Positions 1 to 36,213 of a DNA stretch of 64,000 nt are shown here, one piece after another. The stretch spans positions 27,652,001 to 27,716,000 of the forward strand of contig CM022665.1 of assembly GCA_012295275.1 (NCBI GenBank). Direction: 5' to 3'. Under the pieces are notes generated by a model. It was not told where the DNA came from. It worked only from the letters and a program-made list of their open reading frames with translations, and did not search any database. This DNA is from Chrysomallon squamiferum (Eukaryota; Animalia; Mollusca). The first letter of the stretch is position 1, and every line of letters begins with the position of its first letter. Position numbers and translations under genes: made by a program.

Positions 1-539
1 TTTATTTTGTAGATAATTCCAAACATGTTATGCATACTTGTTACTTATATAACACTGCAGTTGAGTGTCACTGATTTTCTTATTTTAAAAAATCAATAGT
101 TTGTACAGGTTTCTACTTGGAGAATTCGTGACATACGGTGTTAATAAGGACGTAGTAATTAATCAGACTAGAGTACGAGACTAATAATAAATCTAAAATA
201 TCAGCAACTCACCGGTGTCAATCTTCTTGTATTATGCGTAATGGATATTCAGAATACATCGCGTATTTTAAGGTATAAAATCATCTCGTCCAGGACTGTG
301 ATCTAACGAATTACAGTTGCTGAGTGGTTTTTCTACATCCTAATATAAAGTATTAACCAACTTGGCAGGTTTTAAGATCGATCAGCTCCGTAATATGGTT
401 TTCTAGCGTTGTCAGAAAAATATATTACATTTTACAAAAATGTTCAGTTTTAAAAGGTTTTATTGCAGAGAACAGTTAACTGATTTCGTAAATTATGTAC
501 TGAGGAAGAAAATAATAAAGAGATATATCAACAGATACA

Positions 540-545
540 TACACA

Positions 546-610
<65 letters not shown>
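540..610. repeat. (CA)n microsatellite
   Basis: Direct reading. Confidence 0.95.
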
Positions 611-614
<4 letters not shown>

Positions 615-1400
615 GAAATTACGAGATATTGGTTACTAAATACCAGGGGGGAAAAACAAATAAAACAATATGCCTGACATTCAAAATACATATTTTTTTT
701 CACTCCATCTATATAATTTTATGATCCATTTTTTCACATTTATTTATTTGCTATTTTTACGCGTTTTAATTGTAGAAGCACTAAAAATCAAAGTGTCAAA
801 ATAAAGGTTACATTAACAAAGAAATAAATGTTAGAGATCAAAGCAGAACGCAGTAATGAAATAGTATAATACTCAATAGGTAGGAAATAAATTTAAAAAT
901 GAAAACAAAATAAAATATATATATTAATAACAATAATTAAAAAAAAAAAAAAAAAACGAAAGAAAAATCAATATCCGAACACGAAAATAGAACATCTAAA
1001 AAAAAAAACCCTTGTATATGAAATTACGTCTCGCTTCTAAAATGTCACGTTATTCGAAATACTAGAAAAATTCTATTATTATTACACGCTGGTTTATTAA
1101 CACCAGTAATTTCACATTACAGACAGATGTAAAACTTACTAGAACGTTTGTGTTTCTAGCGCGCCTACGAAACGTATCAGTTTGAAATATAAGGAGTGAA
1201 AAGTAGAATTTAAATCTTAGAACGAACATAAAACATTCCATTGTTGAGAAAAATGAAACAAAAGAAATATGTATATATATGTATATAAAATACCCATGGA
1301 AAACAGAACATCAGAAACCCCACCCCCAAAAAAAAAAAAAAAAAAAAAAAACAAACAAACAAAAAAACAAAATGCTGGGTCTACTATTACTGCTACAGCA

Positions 1401-1438
<38 letters not shown>

Positions 1439-1734
1439 AACAAATGGTGGGACTATTAATACTACTACTTCATCTTCGATCATCACCACTACTTTTACTA
1501 CTACCACTAGTACTACAACTGCTACCTCTGTTATATCTGTTACTACTGTCACAGTTTTTGCTACAAATATTACAACAATAACAATCACAACACCTACTAC
1601 TACTACTACTACTACTACTAAAATAATGACAAGTTATGATGGGTAGACTATTTTCCGTTTATGACAGCATATCACGATCGACTGGCTTATAAAGCCGATG
1701 ATATGTACTTTCTGTTTATAGGAAAGCGAATTAA

Positions 1735-1786
<52 letters not shown>

Positions 1787-1797
1787 CTCTCTATCTA

Positions 1798-1838
<41 letters not shown>

Positions 1839-2065
1839 GGAAAACATATCCCATGGAAAGACTATAGTTAGTTCACGTGGAGATGAAGAATCGTCAAACA
1901 TTAATTAATTAAAGTTGTAAGAGTTTCAGCAGTCATACACTGAGAACTAAATTGACAGACGCAACAAAACCGATGTCATTAATTTGTAAAATGTACACAA
2001 CTCGATCCGTTAATGACAGTTTGTCAGACAATCTCCGCATCACATGCTAGGGTGTCATTAAATGA

Positions 2066-2097
<32 letters not shown>

Positions 2098-2312
2098 ACG
2101 AAAAACCGTATATATATATTTGAAAATACACGAACATGAATATAAATTAATTAGATTACATGTACAAACATGTTAGACACTTTACTTATTACAGCCTCTA
2201 ACTAGTGATAATAATAACAAATACAAAGACATATTGACGCATTTAAAACCGTAAAAATAAAAGTGCATATAAATTTAAACATATATACAAAAATAAATAT
2301 ACACAGGCATTT

Positions 2313-2374
<62 letters not shown>

Positions 2375-2514
2375 ATACACACACGTAAAGATTAAAATTC
2401 TACATTTTTAATTATTATAAAAATCTTACAGTCTATAAGAATTGACATATGCAGATGGCAACGAATTTAGAGTGACACTTTCCTGTGTACAGATTATTTT
2501 AAAATATGTTTCAG

Positions 2515-11746
<9,232 letters not shown>

Positions 11747-13133
11747 TAATGTCTTTTAAATTAAAAGACGTCACTCTATTGTCCTTGTGTTCCATTATAT
11801 TAAAGAAGCACCGACTTGTACAAACAGTAATACAGGTTACACCAGAGCACGGATTTGAGCGAATGTTTAAGATGTATGATGGCTTGGACCTCACACAGGT
11901 TTGCACTTATTTCCTCTGTGACATTTTCTATTATCCATCTGTCTGTCAGAGTGAAGTTGAGAATTATCTGTAGGAATATGACGTAAATATATCAGAATTA
12001 ATTTTAAAAATAATAAGATGATAATAACCTATGATTAACATTTATCTGTCTATCGATCTGTCTAGCTAATATTAAAAAATATTTAAAAAAAAAACAAACA
12101 AGGAAAAACCCACAAACAAACAAAAGGCATTTTGAATATATAATAAGAAAGAAATCAACTCGATGTAATTGGATACATAAAAAGTAGTAGTATTTATTGA
12201 GTCTTGAAAGACACATCATTGTTTTTTTATTTTTTTATATATCTATCATTCCATCTATACACACACACACAGAAAGGTGCGCGCACATACACACGTGAAG
12301 AGAAAATCCATTTACTGTGGATAGAAACAAACTCAATTTTTTAATACTGGTTGTTTCTTAAGCTTCTTTTCTAAATTGTCAGGCTGTATTATGATTCAGT
12401 TGAAGCTGATGTTTTAAAACAATTTACCTCAAATAACCAGCTTTGATGATGGTTTCTGAATTAAATTGATGAAGCAATAACTTGTTTATGACCAAATACT
12501 GATGGCATTTTAAAAGCTTTTATATCGAGTTTGTCGATTAAAAGGAGTAAATATTTCTTTCTGTCAATCTCGTTGTGTCTGTTTCGCTATTCATCTGTCT
12601 ATTCTTACTATATTTCTGTTCGTCTCATCGTTTGGAACTCTCTCTCTGTCTGTCTGTCTGTCTGTCTCTGAATGTGTCTCTATTTGTCTAAGAATTCCTC
12701 TCTCGATTAGTTTCTGTCTCACTTTGAATCTATTTCAGTTACTTTTTCATTCTCCTATATTTATATCGACGTTTTATTACAAAGGTTGCTGCTATAGAAG
12801 CAGTGACAACAACAGTAACAATAACAACAATAACAAACAACAAAAATAATAACAAAAAGCAATAAACAACAACAAAACGAACTTTTTAAACTGGAAATTG
12901 CTAAACTGTTTAAAAGAACACATTTCAGAGACACTGTTACTTAAATAACTAAAAACAGGTTGTTGTATATTACACAAAGGTAAATTACTCTCATACACTG
13001 ACGTGTCGCAGATGTTTTCATGTCCGTACATCAATATCATGTTGTCGTAAGAAACATTTAGTTAATATATATTTATATAAAAAGACCAGTTAACTTTCTT
13101 GCATCTGAAATCATGGTACATGAGCTCTGTAAG

Positions 13134-13210
<77 letters not shown>

Positions 13211-13214
<4 letters not shown>

Positions 13215-13997
13215 ATAAACTAATTAACCTAATGTTTATTTGCTTTCAGACATGTATGTGAATGCATACTTTCTGCCATTCATAAGATCGAAATTGTTAA
13301 AAAATAGTCTATCGTTTAAAGAATGCGTTGAAATGAATATATTTAATAAATACACGTATATTTACATCTTTATATTAATGTATAAATAAATACAAATATG
13401 CTTATAAAGAACAAATTTTTATTTCACTAACATTCGATATTACATTTTTTGTAAAAGACACACCAAACTGAGGAGCCTCTATTATAAAGTACATTCAAAA
13501 CATCTTCACCGTTGGAAGAAAATGTCGTATTATTTCAAGAAAGTTCAGTAAAACAGTTGAAAAGAATATTTCTCGAAACAAAATCAGGCGAATTACAGAT
13601 CCTTTCTGGATTTGTTTTCTAATCACTGGTGAGATATCAGAAAGGATCGTGAAACAATATAATGAAGATTACATAGTGGTCACCTTTCTGTTTGTTTTTT
13701 GGAAAACATAAAAGCTTAAAGACATTGTAATTAGGCGGTGTACGATTGTTGTTATATATGACCTGGCTTAAACATTGAAACAAAAAAGTGTATATATAAC
13801 TATACAAATGAACACACACAAATACACGTACTCACAGAGACACACACATACAAAACACACACACACATATATAATACACACTTATACACACACACACGTA
13901 TACAAGTAAAACCTTAGCTAAGAGATAGTGCAACCTTCCAGGTAACACAATTATCATTATCCCTTCACTTTCTGACGTCAGAATACCTAGCATTAAG
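13211..13997 (+). repeat. Duplicated non-coding block, copy 1 (between A and B)
   Basis: Direct-orientation homology to 42092-43360; both copies follow a (GA)n tract. Confidence 0.95.
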
Positions 13998-14650
13998 AGA
14001 GAGACTGAAAAAAGAGTCTGAAGGAGAAAATAATTTATAAAAAGGAAAAAAAAAAAAAACATAAAAAAAAATTAAATAAATAAATAAAATTAAGAAGCAA
14101 AGCAAAGATTGATAGAATTATTGATTTATATAGATTGCTCTCAATTTAGCTTTTAAATTTCTTGTTAGGTGGCCATTAAAGCATGTTTTTAACCTAGAGT
14201 GAGCCTTAATAAAACATGCAAACAGTTTAATGGTGCAAACCTGGTGAAAATAACCATGATAATTAATAATAAAATCACAGATAGAATTATTATTGTTATA
14301 TTTTCTTCATCTGTTTCTAAATTACCTCTTAGCGTTCTGTGTTCAAAGAAAACTAAAAAAAAATTATATTGGAAAATTCGACAGGAAAACAGGTTAAACT
14401 GAAATCTGTCCATGAAAAACAATTGTTACAAACAGCGGCAGCATAGAAATACATAATATTTTTATCATCTAACGACCGATCGATCTTTTTTTTTTCTTTT
14501 TTTTTTTTTAAAGATCTGTATCGATTAACAACGGCAGCAGTACGCCAGTAACAGAAGCAAGAGTACTGATGAATGACAGAAAAAACAACGGCAATATTCT
14601 TATAAAAGAAAGTAAGACAGTATTCACGAAACTCAAAGATTCTTATCGAG

Positions 14651-26297
<11,647 letters not shown>

Positions 26298-27209
26298 TTT
26301 TCAGACAAATAAAATAAATAATAATTAATTATTGTGCCATTTGTAACATCCATTGAGAAAAAATCTACAATGCATGAGTCACCATAATAATTTTTTTTTT
26401 CTTTCCTACTGATATTTTTTGTTGATGTTTTTTTTTTTTTTTTTTTTTTTTTAAATATCATAATTCACAGAACTGACTGGTTTCTAATTACTTCAGTTAG
26501 TTATCTGGATAATTACACACCGGAATTTGTGTGCATAAACCAGATTGTTGCTTATATTAATTGCAAAACGAACTCCATACATCATTTATTTCCCTCTAGC
26601 AATCGTTTACAAACTGCTATGAGAAGGAATGAAAAATTAACAACAACAACAACCACAAAAAACATTAATAACAACAACAACAACAAAAAACAACCGTGAT
26701 AATGAAAAATAAATCAGTATGTAAATAAAGATAAAAAAAATATATATATATATAATAATAACAACAACCACAACAAAAACAATAAATAATACTAAATAAT
26801 ACTAAAAAATAAAATAAATAATAAAAATAATAAAACAGAAAATAAAACAAACAAAACCTAAAAAAAAAAAAAAAAATTAATGATTAATTATAGATACGGG
26901 ATGGAAGCTAACATGATATATTTTCTAACATTATCGACAACACATCTGCACAGTGTTCATTCCGGAACCGAGTAATCTGAACATGCTGTGTAAAATTCGC
27001 TAAAATAATTAATTAAGTCAAAATGCATTTAGACAATCGAAGCATTTCTGACAGGTGCATTTATAAAAGGTTCTTATTAATTTATATTTTGTAGAGAGAT
27101 AGATAACAGAGACAGAGAGGTAGAAAGTACACGAAAATAAATAAAATTTAATAAATAAATAAATGAATAAATGAATAATAAATAAATAAATGAAGAAAGA
27201 GTAGAAAAG

Positions 27210-27241
<32 letters not shown>

Positions 27242-28074
27242 GACATTATATAATATAAAACGGTAGGCCCGTTATAATATAAAACTATATATAGAAAATA
27301 GTAAACTATAAACATTAGATAGATAACACAGTAGCATCATAATGATAATAATAATAATAATAAATGATAATAATAAATAAATTTATAATTAAAGAAACGA
27401 AATAACTATATTGCAAGAAAAAAAAAAAAGTATTGTAATTATTTATAGATTAAAACATCAGTATCAATGTTAGCGGGTTGAAATCATGCATATAACATAC
27501 AGATTTATTCCCTGGCTTCATGTTGTATCGGATATATCGCATTTACGATCGAAACCATTAAAGTACATATTGGCATAGCAGGAACCAGTTAATGCAAATT
27601 AAAACAGCCATTTCAGTTAATGGAGGCGTTGGTGGTACCGTTGAAGATGCTATCGTTATTACTTCAACTGACGTCATCATCACTGGTGTCGCTATTGCTA
27701 CTGGTATATAAGATATTATTATTATTATTGTTGTTGTTATTATTATTATTATTATTATTAATGCGTATTAAAAACTGTAAGTTCCATTTCTTTTTGTTAA
27801 TAACAGCAGCAGCAGCAGCAGCAGTAGTAATAGTAGTAGTAGTAGTAATAGTAGTAGTAATAATAGCACTGGTATTAGTAATAGTAACAAAGGGAAAATT
27901 TGAATTTTAAAATAATTTTAAAGACAAACTGAATGTTATTGTATTACACAGAAATAAAGCACTACTTTTAAATTACATTCAAATGCATTTTTACCTTTAT
28001 CTGTAAGGATTACATCTGAATTTTGTTTTACACTGTCGCATAAAACCTACACGTTCAAATTAATTACCGTACTG

Positions 28075-28395
28075 CCTAAGATATAAACGGGCACTTCCTA
28101 TCATTTCTTCTTTGATGTGCCGGATGAAATGAAACGAAATAGCTGTTGTAGTGTTTATTTATTATCTAAGAAGCTTGTAGAAATCGATAATCTTGAATCA
28201 GCTGTGTTACTAAGACATATGTTATTTGAAACTGTATGTAAATAAACAAACGAAAGAGAGCGAGTTTTCGCTATTGTTTAGGATGTTGTTGGTTTTTTAG
28301 TGGTTTTTTTGTTGTTTTTTTTTAATTTTTGCTGTAATCTTATCGATAATGTTTTATTAATCATATTCGTCATATATTCTGTTTGTAATTGCAAT
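28075..28395 (+). repeat. Old dispersed repeat, copy between B and C
   Basis: Diverged direct copy of 3350-3690. Confidence 0.8.
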
Positions 28396-29100
28396 AGGTA
28401 AATAAGTAAGTAAGTAAATAAGTAAATATATAAATAAATAAATAAATATTTTATTAATTATGACTTCAAATAATTCTGCTGCTGGTCTACTCTTACTAAT
28501 TATTACCACTATTATTACTATTAGAAATATGTTATTATTGTTATTGTATTACTGCAGCTACAGCTAATGTTCCAGCACAAACATTTGTTCTCTTAAGCTA
28601 AAAAAAAAAAAGTAAAAAAAAAAAAAACGATGGATGAAAAAACCCAACATTTAGCCGTTAAACGAACCACAACCGACAATAGAAAAAATCTTCTCTCCGC
28701 TTGAGTTACGTTCGTTGTTAATTTATTGATTGAACTCAGTCTCATGCAGAGTGCTGACTGACACAGGAATGACATTACTAAAATAATTATTTCTTCAGCT
28801 GAATGAAAATATATGTCTGGATGCGATCCCATAGTCCATCGTCTACCAGTACTTTCAGCGTATCCCCATCACTGGTTTTTGAAGTCTATAGATGTTTTTT
28901 CAAACGTTATATCAGTGCGACTGGGCAATCCATCATCTATCTGCCTTGTCAGAACCTTAGTAAACTGAGACGACTGTCGTTTCCTTTAGTAAGTTTTAAT
29001 TATTTTGCAATCGTTTTCGAGGCAGCATTTGTATGCGGAGAACGAGAACTTATCAGCTGCACTGAAAATGAATGAAGATAGTATTTTCATAACAAATTTG

Positions 29101-29270
29101 ACAGTACTTGATATTCATTTGAAATGACTGGCGGACTGTTTGAAATAGGACTGTACTTGATATTCGTTTGAAATGACTGGCGCACTGTTTGAAATACAAC
29201 GATACCTGAAATTTGTTTGAAATAAGAAGCCCACGCTTTGAAAACGATAGTATCTAATAGTCTTTTGAAA
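29101..29270 (+). repeat. 49 bp direct repeat x2 plus TTTGAAA array upstream of gene C
   Basis: gtacttgatattc.tttgaaatgactggcg.actgtttgaaata at 29104 and 29153; seven TTTGAAA motifs. Confidence 0.85.
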
Positions 29271-29514
29271 CGAGTAGCGGCCTGTATGAAATCCGGTCAT
29301 CCAGATCTGTTTGCAATTAACTCTTTAATGGTTATTATGAAACGCTGAAGTATTTACAGAATATTATAGCTCTTATCATTATTATTAACATTATTTTTGT
29401 TTATATATGTATATATATATATATATATATTTATATACATATATATTACATTTCGGATTTGTTTCTTGTTTTTAAAATGCATTGCACGTGGTCAAAGAGA
29501 GTATTCAGTTCAAC

Positions 29515-29629
29515 ATGTTGGAGATGTGTACATTGTGGATTTTTTCATGGATAAGTGTGATGGTGCTTGTCTATGCAGACGACAGCAGGGACTGTGTCTG
29601 TGACTACAAAATTTCAGTCCCCAAAACAA
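29515..29629 (+). CDS. Gene C exon 1 (signal peptide)
   Basis: caacATG; MLEMCTLWIFSWISVMVLVYADDSRDCVCDYKISVPKT + gtaag. Confidence 0.82.
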
Positions 29630-30802
29630 GTAAGAGCAGAATTTAGTAACTAACATACTTAGTTTAATTAGGACAGAGATGTTGATAATAAGTAAAAAAA
29701 ATTATCTGTTTTTATGAAATTTAAACGAACTACAGATAGTAATAGTATTAGTATTAGTATTAGTATTAGTAGTAGTAGTAATAGTTGTAGTAGTAGCAGT
29801 AGTAGTAGTAATAGTAGTAGTAGTTATAATAATAATAATGATACACTAATAATGTACAGTAATAATGTACAGTGATATTACACTCTCAAGTTAATATACA
29901 AATACACACACATATGTACATACATATTTGTCTACGTATCTACATTTATATACAATGTTATAGCGAACTATTTTGTGTAATTAAAATCACATCGCTATTA
30001 CTATAACTGTATACACAGTATCGTTATCATTATTATTATTGTTGTTGTTTTCGTTGTTGTTGCACCTGTCCTGGTTGTACTGCATTAAATAAGTAGATTA
30101 ATCTGCATATGCTTAACTCTCAGTGTCCAGATTTCTCTGTGTATAATATTAATAAGTCATCCTTTCTATGAAGAACATTTACTTATTATAATGATGATTA
30201 CATTTTAATGATTTAGTTGTCCTAATGCCAGAGAAGTTATAGAGAATTTACAAAACCTATTTCCATAAATGACTTCATTTTAACGATACCCAAATGACAA
30301 GTTTTAAATTATTCATCACTGTTTTTATTAGCGGGAATTACAAAATGCAGACTGGACATGTTTAGACTGTCAGTGTCATTACATATAGATTATTTATTCG
30401 AAAAAGGTTTCCTATTATTGTTTTTAAAAAGGGAAATGAAAAGATATGAAAGACATTCATGAAATTTAAATAAAATTAGGTAACACTGGCACGTTTGAGC
30501 TTCCCCACATAATTATCATATATACAAATAAATTACGTCTTTGTTTGCACCACACACACACACACAAACAGACAGACACACACACACACACACACAGACA
30601 CACACACACAGACACACACACACACAGACACACACACACACAGATACACACACATACACACACACACAGACACACAGACACACAGATACACTTACTGTAT
30701 TTACTTATCCATTCGTCCTGTTTTTCTGTCTGTCTATCTTTCTTTGTCTCTACCTGTCTGTCTCTCTGTCTGTCTGTCTCTCTCTCTATCTATCTCTATC
30801 TG

Positions 30803-30841
<39 letters not shown>

Positions 30842-32447
30842 ATATATATATATATTTGTATGTCTGTTTTACTATCTGATCATCTTTGGAATGTTTCTCT
30901 GACACAGACGCATACATATACACCAGATATTGTATTTCAGCTATATATACATTTCTTATTTTGTATTCAGTGTAAACTATACACTTCACGTATGAAGACA
31001 AAGAAACACAAAATTCCCACGCGAATTAAAAAAAAAATATTAATAATAAAAAAAAATAAAAAATAAAATAAAACTATATATATATATATATATATACGTT
31101 TTTTTGTTTTTTTTTAAATACTTCTCAATTTGCATTCTGTAAGAAAGTTTATACACACGACATTTTACAAATGCCCCAGTATTTATCTTAGCTGTCTATT
31201 ACAGGAAAGCAAACTGTTCCTAATTAATATATTGTATCTGTCTCGGCTTTGTTTGGTCTCACAGAAACGGATAGAGAAATCGCTATTAGTATTAATTAAA
31301 CGTCGAAGAAGTATTGAATTTCAGTTTCACTTTGAAAAAATCTCCTTTTTATTTCCAATTTATATATGGACCAGTAACTGAGCTAAATATTTATTCTTTT
31401 GATTTCCCAACTGGTGAGTTTTAGATCAAACGTAATGTGTTAATGTATTAGTATTATATTCGAACGAACGATTTAGTAGATTTTCAGGTATCAACAAAAT
31501 TTTAAAGTGATTCACTATACGCGTTTTGAAACAATATCCCGAAGATATAAGAGTCAGTAATTTGTCATGTCACCAAGGGTGAATCATAACGACTGTTAAG
31601 GTGACTGTACTGATCATCAAATACAGTTCATTACGTTCAGGGTGATTGTACTGGCATCCGATATTGTTATTAGCTGTTAGAGAGAATCTACTGAAGTAAG
31701 ATATTGGTCACCACAATTGGGTGATTGTACTAACATCAGATATTGCCAATGAATGTTATACTGATAAAAGAGATTGTTATATATACTTATATATACACTA
31801 CAATGTTGTTGTTTTTTCAAATATCGGTATGATTTGGGGAATAAAATATATAAACCTCTGTGCATCATTTTATTTAGTTTCGTGGAACAATCCAATCAGT
31901 CAGCTGAAAAACAACTACAACAGGTCGGATCTAGGAGAATCCTGGGACAGGGTTTACATGAAGCAGGTGTTGAAGGAAAGAGGCTACAATCTAGAACCCT
32001 GCGAAGCGACTCAGAAGGAGCATTTTAGAAAGAATGAAAGCTCCTGTTTCTACATCCTCAACGACCAAGTGCTCATCAAAAGTGTGGCCGAGCAGATCGT
32101 CAAAGAACTCAAGTGGCCCAATGTCGTGGTGCTTTTTGATAAAAACACAGGTTTGTTTATAGACACATTCTTGTACCATTTGTCGATTGTATTTTTGCAT
32201 TTATTTGCCTCTGATTAAAGAAAATTTGATTTCTGTATTTGATCTTAACGCTTTTTGATTTTGGTTAAATAAAAAAAAATAAAAAATAAAGGATTTGTTT
32301 AGACCATTGTTGGATAAATGTTTCTCTAATTTAGTTCCTTTTGATAAATACAAAATTTGTCTTAAATCGCTTGCTTCAAGAATTATATATATATTTTTAA
32401 TCAATATCTTTTTAATTAAGAGCTGTAATGTAATCCTGTGTGTTATA

Positions 32448-32496
<49 letters not shown>

Positions 32497-33084
32497 GTTA
32501 TGTATGTATGTGTCTATATGTGTCTGTCTGCCTGTCTGTCTGTGTGTGTATGTATTATGTATGTATGTATGTATGTATGTATATATGCATGCATGAATCC
32601 CTTTTTGTATGTATATATGATTGTATGATTGGGTGTATGTATATGTACGTATATATGTATGTATATAATGTATCTGTGTATGCATGTATGAACGTATGTA
32701 TGTATGTTTGTACGTTTTATACCTATAGATTATTTAATACTGATACTTATTACTTAATGTACAGAATCTGCAGCAAGTCAGCTGTCCAGTTTGCAGTCCA
32801 CGTACATGAAGATGCTGATGTATCAGATAACAAACGACATGAGCGTCGCAACACTGGACAAAATCCTGGTGTCCTCTAGCAACGTCCTGCCTCCCGCTCA
32901 CAGAAACTTTCTTGTTCTCTGTCACAGTGACTGCATTTGGAAGATAATTAGTCAGGTATAATATCACTAACCACTTCAGATTTAATGTTATGTTTTAAAA
33001 AACGTATATATATATATAGGTGTACGTGTGTTTGCGTACGTACGTATATATAAAAGATAAATATATAGATATATAGATAAATAG

Positions 33085-33122
<38 letters not shown>

Positions 33123-34062
33123 GGCATTCATATAATATTAGCGTTACAGTATATAAAACGGAAACACATAGGGTATATTATCAGACAGCTGTAGTTCACC
33201 ACAGCTAGCAGAACGGTTGACGGATGTACACTGAATTATTAAAGAAAACGTATATCACAAAACACTCGAGAGACTTATTACCTTGTCATTATCTCTCTGT
33301 AGAAGTTATGTTTAGATCGATCCTCTTTGTCGGTTATTTATTAATTATTAAAACACTTACCTGGCCTTTTGGTGTGAATTAGCTCACGTATGTGTGGGCC
33401 AGTTATTTGTCTCCGTATAGAACAAACGAAAATGCAGAGCGTTCACCCTGCTGCAAGCGATTCGATCATGCTTTGGTATTAATAATTACAATTTTAATGG
33501 AAATAGTGGCAAGGTGTATGAAATGTATGCTACTACTGGGCTTTGTTGGTATGAACTCCTCGGTAATTATCATCGTTACTAAAATCACCAGCCATTATAT
33601 TAATAATTAAATAACAATTGTTCCTGTTTATCGACTAGTACTGAAAATAACATGGCTAATATTAATACTGCAGTAGCAACAACGACAGCACCTATGAGAG
33701 CCATATCTACAAAGTCAGCCGATGATTCCATTTTCCTACTACTACTTTACTACTATTACTACTACTACTACTACTGCTGCTACTACTACGACTACTACTA
33801 CTATTACTGCTACTACTACTACTACCATTGCCACAACCACTATTACTAGTGCAAAATAACAACTACTACTACTGTTATTGCCACTGCTCTACAGCTATTA
33901 CTACCACTAATACAATAACTATTCCTACTACTCCTATTACTATTACAACTGGTACTGCAAAAAGCTACTACCACTATTATCTCTTTAATGCTAACACTAT
34001 TAATACAATAACTACTACAGTTAATTCTACAAATAGTTCATAAATACCTTTATGGTATTAAT

Positions 34063-34094
<32 letters not shown>

Positions 34095-35748
34095 TAAATA
34101 TACCTGAAACTATAACTGCTTGTTATTGATATTATTTCTACAGGTAATTTACATGTAACACAGTCAGTGAACAATATTAATAATTATTCTCTGTTCTGTA
34201 TCTCACTCTCTGTCTTTCTGTGTATGACCCGTGTTTATCTCTGCCTATCTCTCTCTCGCACGCACGTACCCACACACACACACACATACACACATACGGT
34301 TACTTGTCGTACTTCAGAGAGAAATGGTGTTAGTTACGATCTGGTGTTACAGGTTAACTCTTACGACGAGAAGACGGTCGCCATACAGTCCCTCTCTAAG
34401 TGGATATTTGCTGTTCCTACCAAAGAAATCGCTAACTTCGAAAGAAAATACATCAAGCTGGATCACGTGGCAATCTTTACATTCCCTGATGCCTTATCTG
34501 GTCAAATGAATCTGGTATGCTCTTGGACGTTTTTTTTTTTTTCTCTTCTCTTTTTGTGAATGTTAGTCGAATTTGCAGTTATATCATTCTGTATGATGAT
34601 GATCATCATCATCACCACAATCACATCATTGCCATCATATTCATTATTATCGTTGCTGTTGTTATTTTTCTTATACAGTAATTTCCCTTTATTTATTTTA
34701 ACCGTAACGTTACCGTCGTTAGTCTTTCAATAAAGTTTGTCCGATTTCCTTTGTGTATCTGTCGCTTTCTGTCGTCTTTCTCTTCCGTTCCGTACTTACG
34801 TCACTTAACGCGGTTTCTCGTAGACGACTTCAGTTTCTGAAAAAACAGAAACGTAAAAAAAATCATCTAATTTTTCTGTTTTCTAGATAATCCACACAAA
34901 CCGAAGCTGTGCATTTGGAAGAATATCGACATTGCTCTACAAAGAAGAAGGGCGAGCTGCCAGCACAGTTGGAAGTTTTGACATGTTTGGTCAAATCAGT
35001 CTGGAACATCATTTGTTTCCTAACATCAGATTTGGATTCAACAAAAGAAAGTTTTTGGCTGCAACAATAGTGGTAGGATATTCTATCAAGTCGAAAATTT
35101 TAGTAATCAAAACTAAAGAAAGCCTACTGTAAGATAAAAATATGGACGTTACAATATTGACATTAACGGATATACTGACCTGACAATATCGACATCGCAA
35201 TATTGATATTGCGAGAAATATTGATACGACAATATTGACATTAGCAGTAATATTTATTGTTATCACAATATTGATATCACGGTATTGATATTAGCAGAAA
35301 TACAGAAATCACAACATTGACGTGAATACTGACATCACAATGTTTATAATATCAGAAATATTATACCGCAGTATTGATTTTACGGGCCTGAATACTCCTG
35401 ATATGATACTCCGAAACATTTATATCATTAGCTGTAATACTGTACTTAAAATAAATTATTAATATGTTTTAATGTGTGAACATATGATAGCAAGAATATT
35501 ACCCACTGCAGGATTTCAGAAGTTACAGTGTTTTTTTTTTTTATAGAGATCTAACAAATCATATCTCTATAACAAATCATATCACTTTTGAATTCGACCT
35601 AGCGTGCAAAAAATATTGTCAATATAACTAATTACGTGAATAAACGCAGTAATGAACTGAAAAGAAAACAAACAATAAGATTGATTAATAATCCGGTGGC
35701 GTGGTGGCAGTAATATACATCATTTGTTTAAACGGACTTTCCAGTTGC

Positions 35749-35811
<63 letters not shown>

Positions 35812-36157
35812 ATTTTGAAATTTTGTAAATTAAATACAAAAATGTATAATTTATTTATCAACGTATTTCAGTGGTCACCGTTTGTTATAGAAACAAAGGA
35901 CAGCCAAGGAAAGATTGTGTACGAAGGAATCTGTATGGATCTTCTGTACCAGATGGCCATTTCTCTTAACTTCACGTGAGTAATACATTATGCATACACA
36001 TACGCATATACATTTACACATGTTTACATATACACATACACATACATATAATATACATATACATAAACAAATATACACATATGTACATTAATACAAATAT
36101 ATAGGGAGGCATATGCATTTACGTATGTGTCTGTATATTAAATTTTAAATTATTATT

Positions 36158-36213
<56 letters not shown>

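Noticed and set aside
1-2514. First (signal peptide) exon of gene A
   Set aside because: No ATG + hydrophobic stretch + CDY motif + phase-1 donor found; probably upstream of the window.
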